Of a stretch of 64,000 nt of DNA, positions 12,101 through 25,677 are shown one piece after another. Below the pieces are notes generated by a model. The model was given only the letters and a program-made list of their open reading frames with translations, was not told where the DNA came from and ran no database searches. This stretch comes from Camelus dromedarius (lineage: Eukaryota), in the NCBI RefSeq assembly GCF_036321535.1, contig NC_087437.1:19284001-19348000 (forward strand). The letters are read 5' to 3'. The position numbers and the translations under genes are program-made. The stretch's first letter is position 1; the number at the start of each line of letters is the position of its first letter.

Positions 12101-15100
12101 ATGGTTGCCTGACACTTAGAGGCAAAGCTTTGACTGATTGCAAAAGCACTGCTTGACCACAGTGTGCTATGCACTTCGTATGATTACCTTCTACGAATTT
12201 TACATTTGTTAAATTTACTCTGTGTGAGTTTGATATGAGATTTGGGATAGAGGGAGTGTTCACATTTGTTTACCTGAAAGTGTAATGATCCAGATTATTA
12301 GTCATGTTTTTGACACAAGTATAGTTCTACCTTTTTAAAAATTGCAATCATGTCTTTATTAAACATATTTATAGAGGAGGCAGAGTTTAAAGTAAGCTTT
12401 GAATTAATGAAGGAGGTGATTTCATCAATGGAAATTGCAAGATGTAAAAATGGCAGTGGAGTTTTGGGGTTGTGTCCTATAGTGACCTCTGTAGTGGTCC
12501 ACATGCCAGACATTCTATGTCCAGCTCTTCATGTGTGGGGTGCTAAGACCATCCATGGTAAGTCATGACCAGCAGGTTCTGGAAATTTGACACAGGGTTG
12601 TCTTGTGGCATGAACTCTCTGGGTCTCAATTTTATTACCTACAAAATAATGTTGAAAAATGGACTCAGAAGTCCCTTTCTGCTCCAAGCTTCTTAATTCT
12701 GAGTCTGTGATTCTATATTCTCATCAACTGAAGTGGGCGAGAGGAGTGGCTGCTGGATATATTCATAGACATTTGTTTCTACTTCACTGGTGTGCCAATG
12801 AAGTAGTTCTTCCTATATTTCACAGCATGCATTGCTCTTTTTCTCTGGAAGCTACCTTAAATCAGCAAATTTCTGTTGAAGCTTTATTCTGCTTGCAACA
12901 ATATTGTATAAACTTGTGGGTCCCAGGGCTCAGGGTGAGGAGCCTGGTGGTGTGAGAGGACCAGTAGCAGAGGCCCAAGTGTGCATGGTATGCAGAAATC
13001 TTGGGGGAACATTCTCTGACCACCAATGCTTAACTTTCTTTCCAGAGAAAAGATTTTACAAAGTTTTATATATGCAAGTTGATAGGTTTAGAGCAATTAC
13101 ATTTCCTTAAGAATTATGTCCCTGTAAATGATAGTGCTACATATAAATAAATGAATAATAATGACAAATAGCCTGGATATCTGGCATAGAGCAGTTACCT
13201 TCAAATTAATTGAAAAAAATTTAATGTAAAAGTGAAATATCTAGAGTGGCAAGGTGCTGCACAGTATAATTTCCATCAAATTGCCTTATTCCACTTTCTT
13301 TTAAAGAATTTGTCAGCTCAAGCTGATCTAAGGGCATTACTGAATTTGAATTCAAATGTAGTTTAAGCCCCAAGGTTTAGAAATGAAGTCCTTGGGCTCT
13401 GAACTCATGATATGCTTTTGTACCTGAAGATGATAATCCAAATCATATTGAGTTGCACTGCTGCAGGACTTTTCATTTGATGTCAAGGCAACTTCACACT
13501 GATAGTGCTTGATCCAGTCACTAAAATTCAAATATTGGAAGAAGAAAGTGTTATTTTTGCTAAATATGGCCATACCTTGGTGCATCTGACATTGACAATG
13601 AATACAGATATAACTTTATTCTGAAAAGATTTATATATAAAGTGAATGTTGGTTAATTGGATTATATATATATATCCATACGTACATACATGTATAGGTA
13701 AAGTCAATATCTGAGGTAGGCAAAAGGAGATTACAAGTGCTTTTGGTTATTTATATTTTCTAACTTTTCTACTATAAACATACACTGTATAATAAAGAAA
13801 ATAAATGGTTTTATGCAAATATGAAATGTAGCAAAGGAGCTTGTCGTTTGAAGGAAGCTTAGTTTGAATCTGACTATAAAGCAGAGAAATACCTCTTATT
13901 TTCTGCATAATTCTGGAGTTCCATTTTATAAAGCCTAGTTGAGGTGCAACAAAACGATATAGTCATATCCAGGAATGAACAGTTTGCCAAAGTAGAATAT
14001 GCTATGCCTGTCTGAGGGCTCCAGGGGAACTAAGAACCAGGTATTGTCCTATGGATTTTTTGTTAAGGTATATTCTTGGTAGAACTAGACATGGAAGCAA
14101 CTCTATTAAAAGCTGCAAGGGGGAAAGGTGAGGCAGTGATCAGGGAGCAGAGGAGGGACGAGACCTGCCAAGGAGCCTGGTGGAAGGGCCGTAAGGGCTC
14201 GTGTTTAGCTGGTGTGTCTGAGTACACCAGCACATGTATTAAAATACCAGGTGTTAGAAAGCTGCCACCTCGGATGTCTCCACTGTCCTAGCTGATCAGG
14301 TCCCTCCCTTGGGTTTCTCCATATTCTCGCCACTAAAATGATAAAAACTTGTAATACAGGGGGCCCCCAGGACCCTGATCATAAGCAACAGCCAGCATCT
14401 CGTCTGGTATCAGGAATCTTTTCTGATTGATGAGTGCTGGTGCCTTAGTACTTTTAAATATTTTAAGTATCAACCCTGCCTGTAAGGTAAGGATAACGAA
14501 CAGGTCCTTGATGCATCTATAGATGAGGAGTCAATGAAAGGAGAAAGCAGGTGTTTTATAGGGCAAATTATAAGGTAAGCCTGGCTGGCCTTTGGAAGTC
14601 ACCTTCAACCTCTCAGGTACCCCCTCTACCCTTTCCCATCAACTCTGTGTACCATTACGGGGCCTTGTTCTATGACTTTCTCAAACATTGGTCTGATAAA
14701 CTCATCACCTAGCTCATCACTTTATAGTGCAACCAAATGGGTTTTTCAAGTGTCCCTCAGAGTGCCCAGAATTTTATATGGGGCCACACTCTAGGAAAAG
14801 GGACCAAATTCATCTTTGAATGGTATTTTCTGTGGTTGTGTATAGATTCTAGCTTAGTACTAATTTTCTTTGAGAATATTAGAGCTGTTTATCAGTCTAC
14901 CATTTTCTGATTCGCTGTTAAATGTCCACTGTTAGTTCCTCCTTTGAAGATAATCTTTTTTCTCTGGTTGCTTTAAGATTTTTCTCTATATCTTGTTTTT
15001 CTGCAATTTCATTATGAAATTTCATCTTTCGTCTCTTCCTGGCATGGCAGTGTTAGAACTTAGTACCACATTCTCCACATCTCCTACATCCTTTTGTGTA

Positions 15101-18100
15101 TCTTTTCTACTTCCTTCTCTCAGTCCTTCATTCTATGCAAGGCCCACCTTTCAGTTCATTATTTCTCCCTTAGAGTGTTCATATGTTGCAAGTGTGATCA
15201 TTGAGGTTTTAATTCCAATTACTATCTTTATTTTTAGTTTGGTTCTTTGTTCAGACATGGTACGTAACTGTTCACAGTCTCCTTATAGTTATTTTCAAGG
15301 ATGTCATTTATTTCCATAAACATGGAAACCTGGGTTTTTAAACCTGGCTCTATAGGTCAAGTCTCTGTGGGTCTATTTCTTCTCTCTGTTGTTTTGATGG
15401 TTCTTGTCCCCTTGATGCTTTATTATCTTTGATTGGATACCTGGTCAGTGTCTTTAAATTATTTACAGGGGTACACTGAAGCTTAGGTTGGATGTGCCCC
15501 CCTCCAGAGAGGCTTTATTTTGGTTTTGCCGGGTACCTGGTGACAATAACAATTGAGATCGCTTCACACTAAATTCATGGCTTAGATACCTCCAGCCCGC
15601 CCGCGCTAAGTGCATCTGCAGTATAGATTCACAACTTCTTAAAGACTTCTGTGTCTTTTTAATTCTTTTGCCTTGCTTATTGCTGTGGCAGGCTTTCCTG
15701 CAGTCCCCTGAGGTTGAGAGGTAGAGAGGGCAGATTCAGATCTGGTTTATCCTCAATCTGTGTGTGTATTAACCTGGGGAAAGTGTCCTGTAGGACTCTT
15801 CAGTGTCTGTGGGTCTCCGGTCTTGGTTTGTGCCCATCTAGCTTCTAGTGGCCACAGCAGGATTGACACAATCTCAGGGGTTTTGCTCATCCAATAGTCT
15901 TCTCACCATTTCAATAGCAGGCTTCCATCCAGATACTGACCTAGAAGTTTTGAACTGTGTTTTCAAATCTTTGATTCTTTTAAGGTAGTGGTGTTTATTT
16001 AAATCTATTTTAGCAGTATTTTCTGTTGTTGTTTTCAGAAAGCGTGTTGATCTGAATAACCTAGCCTGCTATTACCAGAAACCAGAACCCTCTAGGGAGT
16101 TTATAATTGGGTCTTAATGAAGGCATTTTGAGCATGAAAAACAATAATGATGATGAGTTATTCTGATTTAGGGTGGAAGAAAGAGATCTAGAATGAACTG
16201 GCAAGGAGCCACGTAACAGACTAGCAGCACACACCAACACTACATTTTTAAAGGAGGTGAGACAGAGCCCATCCCAGTGTCCCTGAAAACTGACCCCATC
16301 TGTGGGTGATGTGGCGGGATCACATTTTGACATATATGGCAAGAATTTTCCCCCCATTTCTTCATATGCTTATTTTCTCCCAGAATCTCTCAGCCTTGAC
16401 TTTGCAACAGCCTCTGTTCAATCATCTGTCTCAAGTTCTCCTTCCATTCCCTCCACCACTGCTGCCTCTCTCTCACTTGGATCAGAATACGACAGAAAGG
16501 TTCATGGCAGTCACTAGCATTCCCAGATTAGAGCAGAATCGTCTCCGAAGGAGGGAAAAAGTATATACACATATACTTTTTTCATAAAATTTCAAGACTT
16601 CATGGAACCCATACAAAAAATCCAGGCACCGAGTCTATGATGCAGACAATGCAATCAAATCCAACAAACATTTCCTGATGACCTATTATATACTAGGAAT
16701 CACATAGAGTTCTAGAGCTAGATGAAAAAGACACCATCCCTAGCCTAATGGTGCTTGAGCCGATTGTGATATAATAAAAAAAATTGTCATCACAAACATA
16801 TCCGGGGTTATTACTTTTTGAAGGGACTTTATTCAGTTATTTTGCCTGCTTAAAAAAAAAACCAAAAACCCAGCCCAGGAAGACTAGGTGCACTGTAAAT
16901 TCCAATTATAGCAAAAAGAGCAGGGCGCTAGCTATAGATTTTAGCGGCTTGTAGCTACATGGCCAAACAAATAAAGAATGAAGGACACAGTGCAGTGGCC
17001 ACCCTGCAGGTGTCAGCCTGTACCCTGGACATGGACGGCCAGGTTCCCATAGGGAGGTGGGACCAACGGCAGTGGTAAGAGGGCATCCATAGGACACCAG
17101 TGAGAAATGCAAGCTATACACAGCCCCTAAGAGCCCTGGAAAAAGAGGAACATCAATCTTGCGTTTAGTATTAGGGGAGAAGGCAGAAAGATCAGAAACA
17201 TAGCCACATCTTCCAACGGGCAAGATTAGAGTGAAGAGGGCTCTTAATCCAGCTTTAGAACATTTTCAGATCAAATATGTTCCCCCAGTCTTATCCCCTA
17301 CCACTCTCGTTTGCAATTTGCTAAAAGGCTAATGTGTACAACAAAACCCTGAGTAGGATTTGTCAGTGAGTTAAGATGGGATGAGTTCCTTAGCCTGTGA
17401 CTACAGAGTGAAATTTTATCAGACATTGAAATTTATACAAATCCAGCTATTTGAGCTCAGAAGTAAAGAAACAGTTTAAATAATATTAGCAGTACCTCTC
17501 GCCATCTCACAGAATGAACACAAACTAGAAGTGAATCGGCTGTTGCTTCAAAACACCTCTGTTCCTTGGTACCTCCCATAACAAGAAACTGTTCCCTCCT
17601 TGAATGAGATGCTGAGGTTTAAAAACAGGTGATTTTCCTATCACTTGTACTGACATGCAATCCATCTGTGTCCTCTAGTACTTAACTCAAGAATCAGTAA
17701 TCAAAGTGGGAAATGGCTGTGTTGGATTTATGGTAAGGCAGCATGCCAGTCTCCAGCACAGCTCCTTCCTAAGGATGTTTTTAAGGGTTATTTTGTCATG
17801 ATTTTACATAATATGCTAAGTGTGGAGTCCAAACCTTGCTTATGTGACTCTAATTACAAAATATCTCTTTTTTGTTGTTGTTGAGAAAGAGCAATTTAGA
17901 CAACTAACCAGCAAATTTTGGTTGCTAAATGGATAGTTTGCCATGAAGAATTTAGTTTCACTATTTCAACTCAGTGGCTTTTCATAGAAGACCTACTGTG
18001 TGCAAGGCATTGCTGGGTACTTCTGGGGATACAGGGAGGATTCCTGCATCCAATAGCCTTTATTGGCTGTGTTGAGCGCCACGAAGAAGATGAAAACCAA

Positions 18101-18514
18101 AGACAAAAGAAGGACGGTGGGCTATCATCTGCCTTGGAACATTGAGGAAGGCTTCTTGGAGGAGGAGACACCTAAAAATGGGCCAGATTTCAGCTCATGG
18201 ACAGTAACTACAGTTGGCTGTGCGTCACAGAGTCTGGTGCTTCATTCAGCAATCCTAAAGTAGCTCTGTTTTTACTGATGAGAAATCTAGTGGTTACAAA
18301 CTTTAAATAACTTGCTCAAGGTCACAATATGTGAAAGAGCTGGGTCTCAAACCCAGATGGGTATTGTAAGGTAACGGCTCTACTTGTTAGAAGGATAATG
18401 TTAACCAGGTCCCAGAACACTCAACAATAAGTGAGCACTCAGTAGATGTTAGTTCCCTTCCCATCTTTTTATGCCATGTCTCTCTATAGCACCTAGCTCA
18501 GAAGTAAATATTTA

Positions 18515-18599
18515 GGGGGTGGGTATAGCTCAGTGGTAGAGCATGTGCTTAGCATATGCGAGGTCCTGAGTTCAATTCCCATTACCTACATTTAAAAAA
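18515..18599 (+). mobile_element. tRNA-Ala-derived camelid SINE (vic-1-like), short form
   Basis: GGGTATAGCTCAGTGGTAGAGCATGTGCTTAGCA...GAGTTCAATTCCC plus A tail. 13-bp TSD AAGTAAATATTTA at 18502-18514 and 18600-18612. Confidence 0.9.
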
Positions 18600-19506
18600 A
18601 AGTAAATATTTAATAAAAGGATCCAGAAGAAGTGGGCTGGAGGATGGGGCTGAGCTGTATAGGGTAGGAAACTGGTACAAATCACTGGGGCCTGGCAGTC
18701 CAGAAGAGGACCCAGTGCAAATCCCATGCAAAAGTTTCTAGCTGGTTCTATGGCTAAGGACTTGAAAATAAAATCTTCACAAGGATGCCCAAACCTACTA
18801 CCTATAAATATCTGTTGATTGATTTCCATTAAAAAAATCATATACACTAACATATTGTATGTATCTAATATAGATACATATATATGCTATATTAGATACA
18901 TATATTATATATTATTATATATATATATATTTGGACATCACGTGAGAGCAGCTGTTTTTATTTTTTTTCTAACTCATCTACAGTGGGCACTGTTGTTTTG
19001 GCTGTACAGTATGCCTTTCCTACTTGGGGGCAGCTTGAGCTTACACATGGCCATGTGGCCTCAGTACAAACTGTAAGGTGCTCCTGTCTGAGCTGAATCT
19101 TGAGAGACTGGTCAGCCGGTGACAATTCACAGTGGAGTCCAGCAGCATGGAGGGTGTGCCCAGGGCAGTGAGGTGCAGCAGCACCAATGGACAGGATGCA
19201 GGGCTGTAATGCCCATGACACAGGCAGTGCCCACGTGCTGTGCTGTGCCCACAGACCCTGCGGTGGAATCACGGGTAGGGCTTGTTCTCCAGCCAATTTG
19301 CGTTGGATACACACCTAGAGTTCATGTCTATTGATTTCAGTCAAGAGCCCTGCCTAGTACGATGTCCAGTAAACTGCCCGCAAACAAAAGATGGTGTCAT
19401 GCTCTCAACTGTAGTTTTAAAACCTGAAAGAAAGCCCTGATTGTCACATTGATTTTAATCATAGCAAGTTTTGGGGTAGCAAGTAGCCATTCCAAATTGG
19501 CCCTGG

Positions 19507-19651
19507 TGGAGGGGAGGGTATATCCTAGTGGTAGAGTGTGTGTTTAGTATGCACAAGGTTCAATCCCCAGTACCTCCATCAAAATAAATAAATAAACCAA
19601 ATCACACTCCCCCATAAACAACAGCAAAAACCCAAAATAAAAAATAAAAAA
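19507..19651 (+). mobile_element. vic-1-like SINE, long form, with small internal deletion
   Basis: tRNA-like head and A-rich tail. TSD CCAAAYTGGCCCTGG at 19492-19506 and 19652-19666. Confidence 0.88.
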
Positions 19652-20541
19652 CCAAACTGGCCCTGGGTTTGGTTATCATTTATGGAAATAATACTCTTTT
19701 CTCTCTTAGATATATGGGTGGCAAGAAAAAAGTCTGAATCAATCACCAAACCAGTCCTGACCCTCGGCCCCGTGTGATTCAGCTGGTTTCTTGGCTCATT
19801 TCTTATTTTATCTGAAGCCAGGTCAGACTGTCCAGGTGGAATGTTCATAAAAAACCAAAGCCTGAGAGTGTGAACATTTTCTTTAAGGTCAGGGTAATTT
19901 ATAGTCTGTCCAGAGAAGCTTTTAGAGATGTAGACTGTGATGCAGAATGTGGCTGTAATCCACAATGCACTCTCATTCCCCTGCCCTCCTATTAGAAATT
20001 GATTCTGGCATGGTTCCTTCAGGTAGAAAGTGACTCCGTCAGCACTTGCTGTTTCTTTTTTCACACATTGGGGTTCCCCTCACCAAAGTATTAAAGCCTC
20101 TGTAATGTTCCTTTAGGAAAGGTTAAATACAGTTATCACCAACATTTGGACTTTGATATCTGCCTGCTGTTTCTACTGCGCTTTGCTCCTTGGGCAATTA
20201 GCAGTCATGTGGAGTGGAAGATCTTTTCCTCAAATCACAGGAGCTTGACTCCTCTCTGTGCCAAGTGCCCTGAAGGAAAACATAGCCAAACAAGGCACTG
20301 AGCCCTGGCCAGGGTTTACAGCAGGCCTCCCTTTCTCATTGTCCCTGTAAATCATCCTTGCACTTTAGGAACAGATGATACTGTCACCAAACTATTTCTG
20401 ACAACTTGCAGCTTGACTCTAGACAGGCCCAGAGAACACACAAGCCCCTTTCAAAGGATGAAGATGACAAAGAGGGCAGTCAGTCAGTTCATCTTTGTAT
20501 GCAGCCATTAGCATGCATGCAACTTTCAGGGTATTGGGTAA

Positions 20542-21009
20542 TGCGATGGTTAATTTTACGTGTCAGCTTGACAGAGGCACAAGTGACCAGTAATTTGACT
20601 AAACATTTTCTCTGGGTTAGGGGGTGTCTGTGAGGGTGTTTCCAGATGAGATTAGCACTTGAATTGGACTTAGTAAAGCAGATGGCTCTCCCCAAGGTAA
20701 GTAAGCATCACCCAATCCACTGGGGGCCTGAATAGAACAAAAAAGTGGAAGAAAGGAGAATTTGCCCTCTGCCTGACTGAGCGGAGACATCAATCTTCCC
20801 CTGCTCTTGGACTGAGACTTAGACCACTGGCTCCCCTGGTTCTCAGGCCTTTGGACTCAGATTCAATTTTGCCACTGACTTACCTGGGTCTCCAGCTTGC
20901 AGACAGCAGATCATGGGACTTCTAAGCCTCTCTAATTGTATTCCTCATAATAAATTTCATAATATATGCAGTTATTGGTTCTGTTTCGAGAAGAACCCTG
21001 ACTAATACA
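20542..21009 (+). mobile_element. MLT2-type (ERVL) solo LTR
   Basis: Starts TGCGATGGTTAATTTTACGTGTCAGCTTG and ends GAACCCTGACTAATACA (TG...CA). Near-perfect 5-bp TSD GGTAA/GGTAG. Confidence 0.85.
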
Positions 21010-21339
21010 GGTAGTGTCTCTTCAGAGTGCCTGTGGTGCTCACTTCCTGATATCATGCTTTTTGACTTGCTTAAATTCCTACCATCTTTGGTTAAATATA
21101 AAAATTCTCCCATACCATATATTGATCATTACATCTTTCCCAGATTCCCAGGTGTCAGGAAGATGTTAAGTTTAATTTTCTTTGAATGTATTATTTACTT
21201 TAAAAATTTCCATATATGGGAGTATATTGAAAATGTCTTTTAAAAATGAATTTGATTCCCAGGAGATTTGGGTCAGCTAGCATAGGGCAAAAGCCTCTGG
21301 TTAACAGTTATGGATTATGGCAAACCTGGAAGATGGTAC

Positions 21340-21560
21340 ACCCAACAGCCATTCTTAACCGTCTCCTTACAGCTATCCATCCGAAACACCAACTAGCTTT
21401 TCCAGATTTCCTTGCAGTGAGGAACGGTCATGTTACATAGTTACTGTATCAGTGGTATGTGGGTAGAGTCTGCTGGTGAGGGTTCTGGGGAAACATTTGC
21501 TTTCCTAATACAGGGGACAGACATAGCTGACTCAGTCTCTTCACAGCTTCTGAACTTGGG
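21340..21560 (+). mobile_element. Old ERVL LTR fragment (LTR16-like)
   Basis: TTTCCAGATTTCCTTGCAG...GGTCATGTTAC...TTTGCTTTCCTAATA...GGGACAGAC resembles LTR16. Confidence 0.5.
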
Positions 21561-21699
21561 GACGTTTGCCCCTTACTCATGGTCAACTATTCTATGATTA
21601 CTACCCCAGGGATGATACATACTGTATAAAAACAGGTATACAAAAAGGCCCTTCTAGTCACCAAGCAGGTGGAGGTGAGGAAAGAAAAGACACGGAATA

Positions 21700-23428
21700 T
21701 AGACTAGAGAATTCAACAATTCAAATGTTTTTACATTTGTAAATATCAGCACTTGACTTCTCCTTCCGGGAAAATGGGATACACTTTCCCCCATTCTTCT
21801 CCCTAAGTAGAACAGACCAGCTAGTGACCTCAAGACCCAAAGAACAACACAATGGTGTATTCTCTGGGTTCTCTTTTTGTACTGTTTATGCCAGACTTGG
21901 AGCCAGCAATCTGGAAACACCAATGGGCATAAGCAAAAAAAAAGCCCAAATGAAACCTGTTCTCACTAACCAATGGACCAGGAAAGGGGCAGTCTAGAAA
22001 GACAGAAAACTTTTAGATGATAACCACTCTACTCTAGGCAAACACTGCAGAAAAAATAGCTGCCCCACCCCTAACTCATGCTAACAGAGACAACTTCATT
22101 TTATAAAGCTAGTGTTACCCTAATATAAAGCAAGACAAAGATTATACCAAAAATAAAAATAAAAACCCTGTAGACCTATATCCCTCATGAACTTAGACAC
22201 AAAAAGCCTCAACAAAATATTAGCAGATATAATTTCAGCAATACTTTTAAAAATATTTTAAAAGTAATCATACACCATGGCAAAGTAGGGTATATTCACC
22301 AGGGATACAAGGTTGGTTCAATATCTGAAATTCAGTCTTCAGATCTAGAGTTGGGCAAAGAGTTCTTAGACCTGATACCAAAAACACAACCCATAAAAGG
22401 AAGAATTGACAAATTGAACTTCATCAAAACTGAAAACTCTGAAGCCCTGTTAAGAAGACAAACACAGATGGGGAGAAATATTTGTATACCACATATCTGA
22501 CAAAGGACTAGTATCTAGAACATATAAGGAATGCTCAGAACTTAACAGTAATACAAACAATTCACTTATAAAATGGGCAAAAAACATGAAGAGAATTTCA
22601 CCAAAGGGGATATACAGAAGGCAAAAAAATACATAAAAAGATGTTCAACATTAGCCATTAGGAAAATACAAATTATAACCACAATGAGATATCATTGCAC
22701 ACCAATCAGAATGGCTAACATGCTGGTGAAGTTGTGCAACAGGTGGATCTCTCCATCCATTGTTGGTGGAAACATAAAATAGTAAAACAGTTTGGCAGCT
22801 TCTTAAAAAACTTACCATACATCTATCATACAACTTAGCCATTGTACTTGTAGACTTCTATTCCAGAGACATGAAACTTACGTTCACACAAAAACCTGTT
22901 CACAAATATTTACAGCAGCTTTATTGGTAATAACTTCCAAATGGGAAACAACACAGATGTCCTTCAACAGATGAATGGTTAAACCATCTGTAGCACACCT
23001 ACACCTTGGAATACTACTCAGCAATAAAAAGGGATGAAATACTGATAATACTGTGATGTGACAACCTGGGTGAAATGCCAGAGAATGACACTGAGTGCAA
23101 AAGCCACTTCCAAAGAATTATACCCTCTATGATTTACAGTCTGCAGGGACGAAATGACAGGCTTGTAGAAATGGAGAACAGACTGGTAGTTGCTAGGGGA
23201 AAAGGACCATGGGTGAGATACAAGGAGGTGTGGCTAAAAAGGGCAGCATTAGGAATCATTGTGATAATGATAACTGTATCAATACCAGTATCCCAGCTGT
23301 GATACTGTATGACATCTACAAGATGTCACCTTTGGGGAAAACTAGCAAAGATACGTGAGAGCTCTGTATTCTTTCTTAGACCTGCATGTGTATTTATAAT
23401 TATCTCAAAATGATAAGCTTAATTAAAA
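21700..23428 (+). mobile_element. Degenerate L1M (L1MC-like): 5'-region piece, ORF2 RT-start piece, ORF2 end and 3'UTR
   Basis: AGACCTATATCCCTCATGAAC...CCTCAACAAAATATTAGCA (RT start). ORF 22573-22782 resembles the L1 ORF2 C-terminus (TTMRYHCTPIRMA). 3' end TGCATGTGTATTTATAATTATCTCAAAAT. Confidence 0.8.
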
Positions 23429-23504
23429 GTATCAGTACTTGTTATTACTTTTAAAACAACTTACATGAGTTGTGAACTACTGTCCTAGAAGTTTAAGCAA
23501 GTGG

Positions 23505-23995
23505 ATTTTTATTTAACTTTCTATTCTGAACTACCTAGACTTAACAGAGAAATTACAAAATTATACAGTTTCCGTATATCCTTCATCTATATGCTCCGAA
23601 TTCTTAACATCTTGTATAAAAATCTGTTTTTTAAAATTTTTTAAAAAATTATTTATTATTTTTTTAATGGGGATACTGGGGATTGAACCCAGGACTTTGT
23701 ATATGCTAAGCACACACTCTACCACCCCTTTCTGTTGTTCTCAGAACCACAAAATTAACATTGCTACAACATTGTGAGCCAAATTCAAGGCTCCATTCAG
23801 ACTTCACTGGTTTTTCATTAGTGTTCAGGATCCCACATTGTATTTAGTTGCCATTTCCCCTTGTTCTCTGACTGGCTCCAACTGTTCTTCTCTTGTCTTT
23901 CTTGACCTTGACATCACCAAAGATGAGTTTTTTGTTGAATGTCCCTCATTATAGGCCTGTCCGTTGTCTTCTTATGACCAGACTGAGCTCCTGTG
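23505..23995 (-). mobile_element. Old L1MC-like 3' fragment interrupted by a SINE
   Basis: TTTTATTTAACTTTCTATTCTGAA...CAGGATCCCACATTGTATTTAGTTG...CTTGACCTTGACA pattern. Confidence 0.6.
23650..23728 (-). mobile_element. vic-1-like SINE, 5'-truncated, nested in an old L1
   Basis: Reverse complement reads GTGGTAGAGTGTGTGCTTAGCATATACAAAGTCCTGGGTTCAATCCCCAG followed by an A-rich tail. Confidence 0.85.
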
Positions 23996-24326
23996 CTCTG
24001 AAGCCATTTGAAAGCTTCTAGTTTCTGATATTAGGAAAAGGTTCCTAGGGAAAGGGAGGAGGGATGGGGGAGAAAATTCACAGCTACTGCTGGCTCTTAT
24101 AGAACAAGGTCCTTCCCCTCCTGAACTTTTAGATGCGTCCCTGGGAGAAAGATCACAGAAGCTCCAAATAGACAGACCTCTCAGCAAGCCCAGACAGGAA
24201 ATGTCAAATATATCACACAAATGCCCCTCATTCCCCTCCCCCCCACATCTAAACATAATCAGGAGACTGGAGAGACCCTCCACATTGGTTATCTACCTAC
24301 CAGGGCTCAGGCTAGAATCTATTTTG

Positions 24327-24517
24327 GGTTTTTGTTTGTTTGTTTTTATTTTTACTGAAGTACAGTCAGTTACAACGTCAATTTCTGGTGTTCAGCATAC
24401 GGTCCCAGTCATACATATATTTGTTTTCATATTTTTTCATTAAAGGTTATTACAAGATATTGAATAGAGTTCCCTGTGCTATAACAGCAAACTTTTAAAT
24501 CTATTTTTATATATAGT
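24327..24517 (-). mobile_element. Lineage-specific L1 3' end, 5'-truncated
   Basis: T-rich tail then ACTGAAGTACAGTCAGTTACAA...GTTCCCTGTGCTATA (artiodactyl-type L1 3'UTR). 17-bp TSD GGCTAGAATCTATTTTG at 24310-24326 and 24518-24534. Confidence 0.85.
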
Positions 24518-25518
24518 GGCTAGAATCTATTTTGAATTACAGAAAAATAAAGATTATGTTTCTGATGCTCCTGGGCTGTGACGTGAAATTCATGCCCATT
24601 GGTGAGAGTTGAGTAAATACCAGTGAATACCGTGAATAAAGGTACATCTATACGCACAGTAGCATGTGAATGAGTGTGAGAGGGTGTGTTTGTTCTGAGC
24701 AGAAAGAGCAGTATGTTCAAAGCCTGGAGATAGAAGCGAGCTTGAGCATTTTGGTCACCAGCCGTTCATGGGAAAGTACACCAACTGGCCGTACTCGTCA
24801 GGTGGGGTTCCGGTCTACACTGTGCTGTCTTCCTTACATCACACAGTGACATGGTGCAGGACACCAAGCTGTGACGTCGGGAAGAACGTCTCTTTATGAA
24901 ATGCCGTACCCCGCATCCGGGCAATGGTGCTGCATGTCTTTGGTTCCCCAGACCCAGAGGGTGCACTGCCATTGACCATGAAGGGGCCCCTCAGCATGTT
25001 TATGTGTGTGGGTGGGAAGCCTTGTCTCTCCTTCCTCCAGGTGACCAGCAGCTGAAGGAACAACACAGCCATTTCATCACCAATAAAACTCCCTAACACC
25101 CTGCAGTTCTTTGTGGACTGTGCCTCAGACTTCCAGACTTGCAGAATGATAGAATTTCCTACCAGTGAGCTTCCTAGAGGAGCCAACACCCCAAATTTAC
25201 AAACAGGGAGACTGAGGCACAAATAGGGCAGGATTCTTTGTCTAAGCATGCCCAGCAGGTCAGTGACTGAGTTTCTGAGTCTCCCGACCCCAAGCCCAGT
25301 GTTTTGGGGCTACTTCACATTTCATGACCTTCTGGGATAGCCTTCTCCCAGAAAAGCTCTAGCTGCCCTTTCAGTCCACCTAAATCCTATCCAGCTTTCA
25401 AAGCTCCCCTCATGTTCCCCCTGAATTGAATTTTTCCATGGCAATTCTTGTTAATGCAACTTGGCAATCAAACGAGCACTGTCTTAACACCTTTTAAGTT
25501 TGTTCTGTTGGCTTGAAT

Positions 25519-25541
25519 ACACACACACACACACACACACA
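25519..25541. repeat. (AC)n microsatellite
   Basis: Direct read of the sequence. Confidence 0.95.
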
Positions 25542-25638
25542 TATGGCTATTACTTAACTTTTTAAGACTTCATGCATTACCCTACCCAAAAAAACTATGT
25601 AATTCTCAAGGCTGGGCATCAGAGCATGTGTGTGCTTT

Positions 25639-25670
<32 letters not shown>

Positions 25671-25677
25671 CACGTGT
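25639..25677. repeat. (TG)n(CG)n compound alternating purine-pyrimidine tract
   Basis: Direct read of the sequence. Confidence 0.95.

Noticed and set aside
13480..13625. Short plus-strand open frame with protein-like composition (NFTLIVLDPVTKIQILEEESVIFAKYGH)
   Set aside because: No family recognised and no convincing splice sites. A TBLASTN or PhyloCSF check would be needed to revive it.
22573..22782. ORF with L1 ORF2-like residues
   Set aside because: Fragment of a decayed L1, not a gene.
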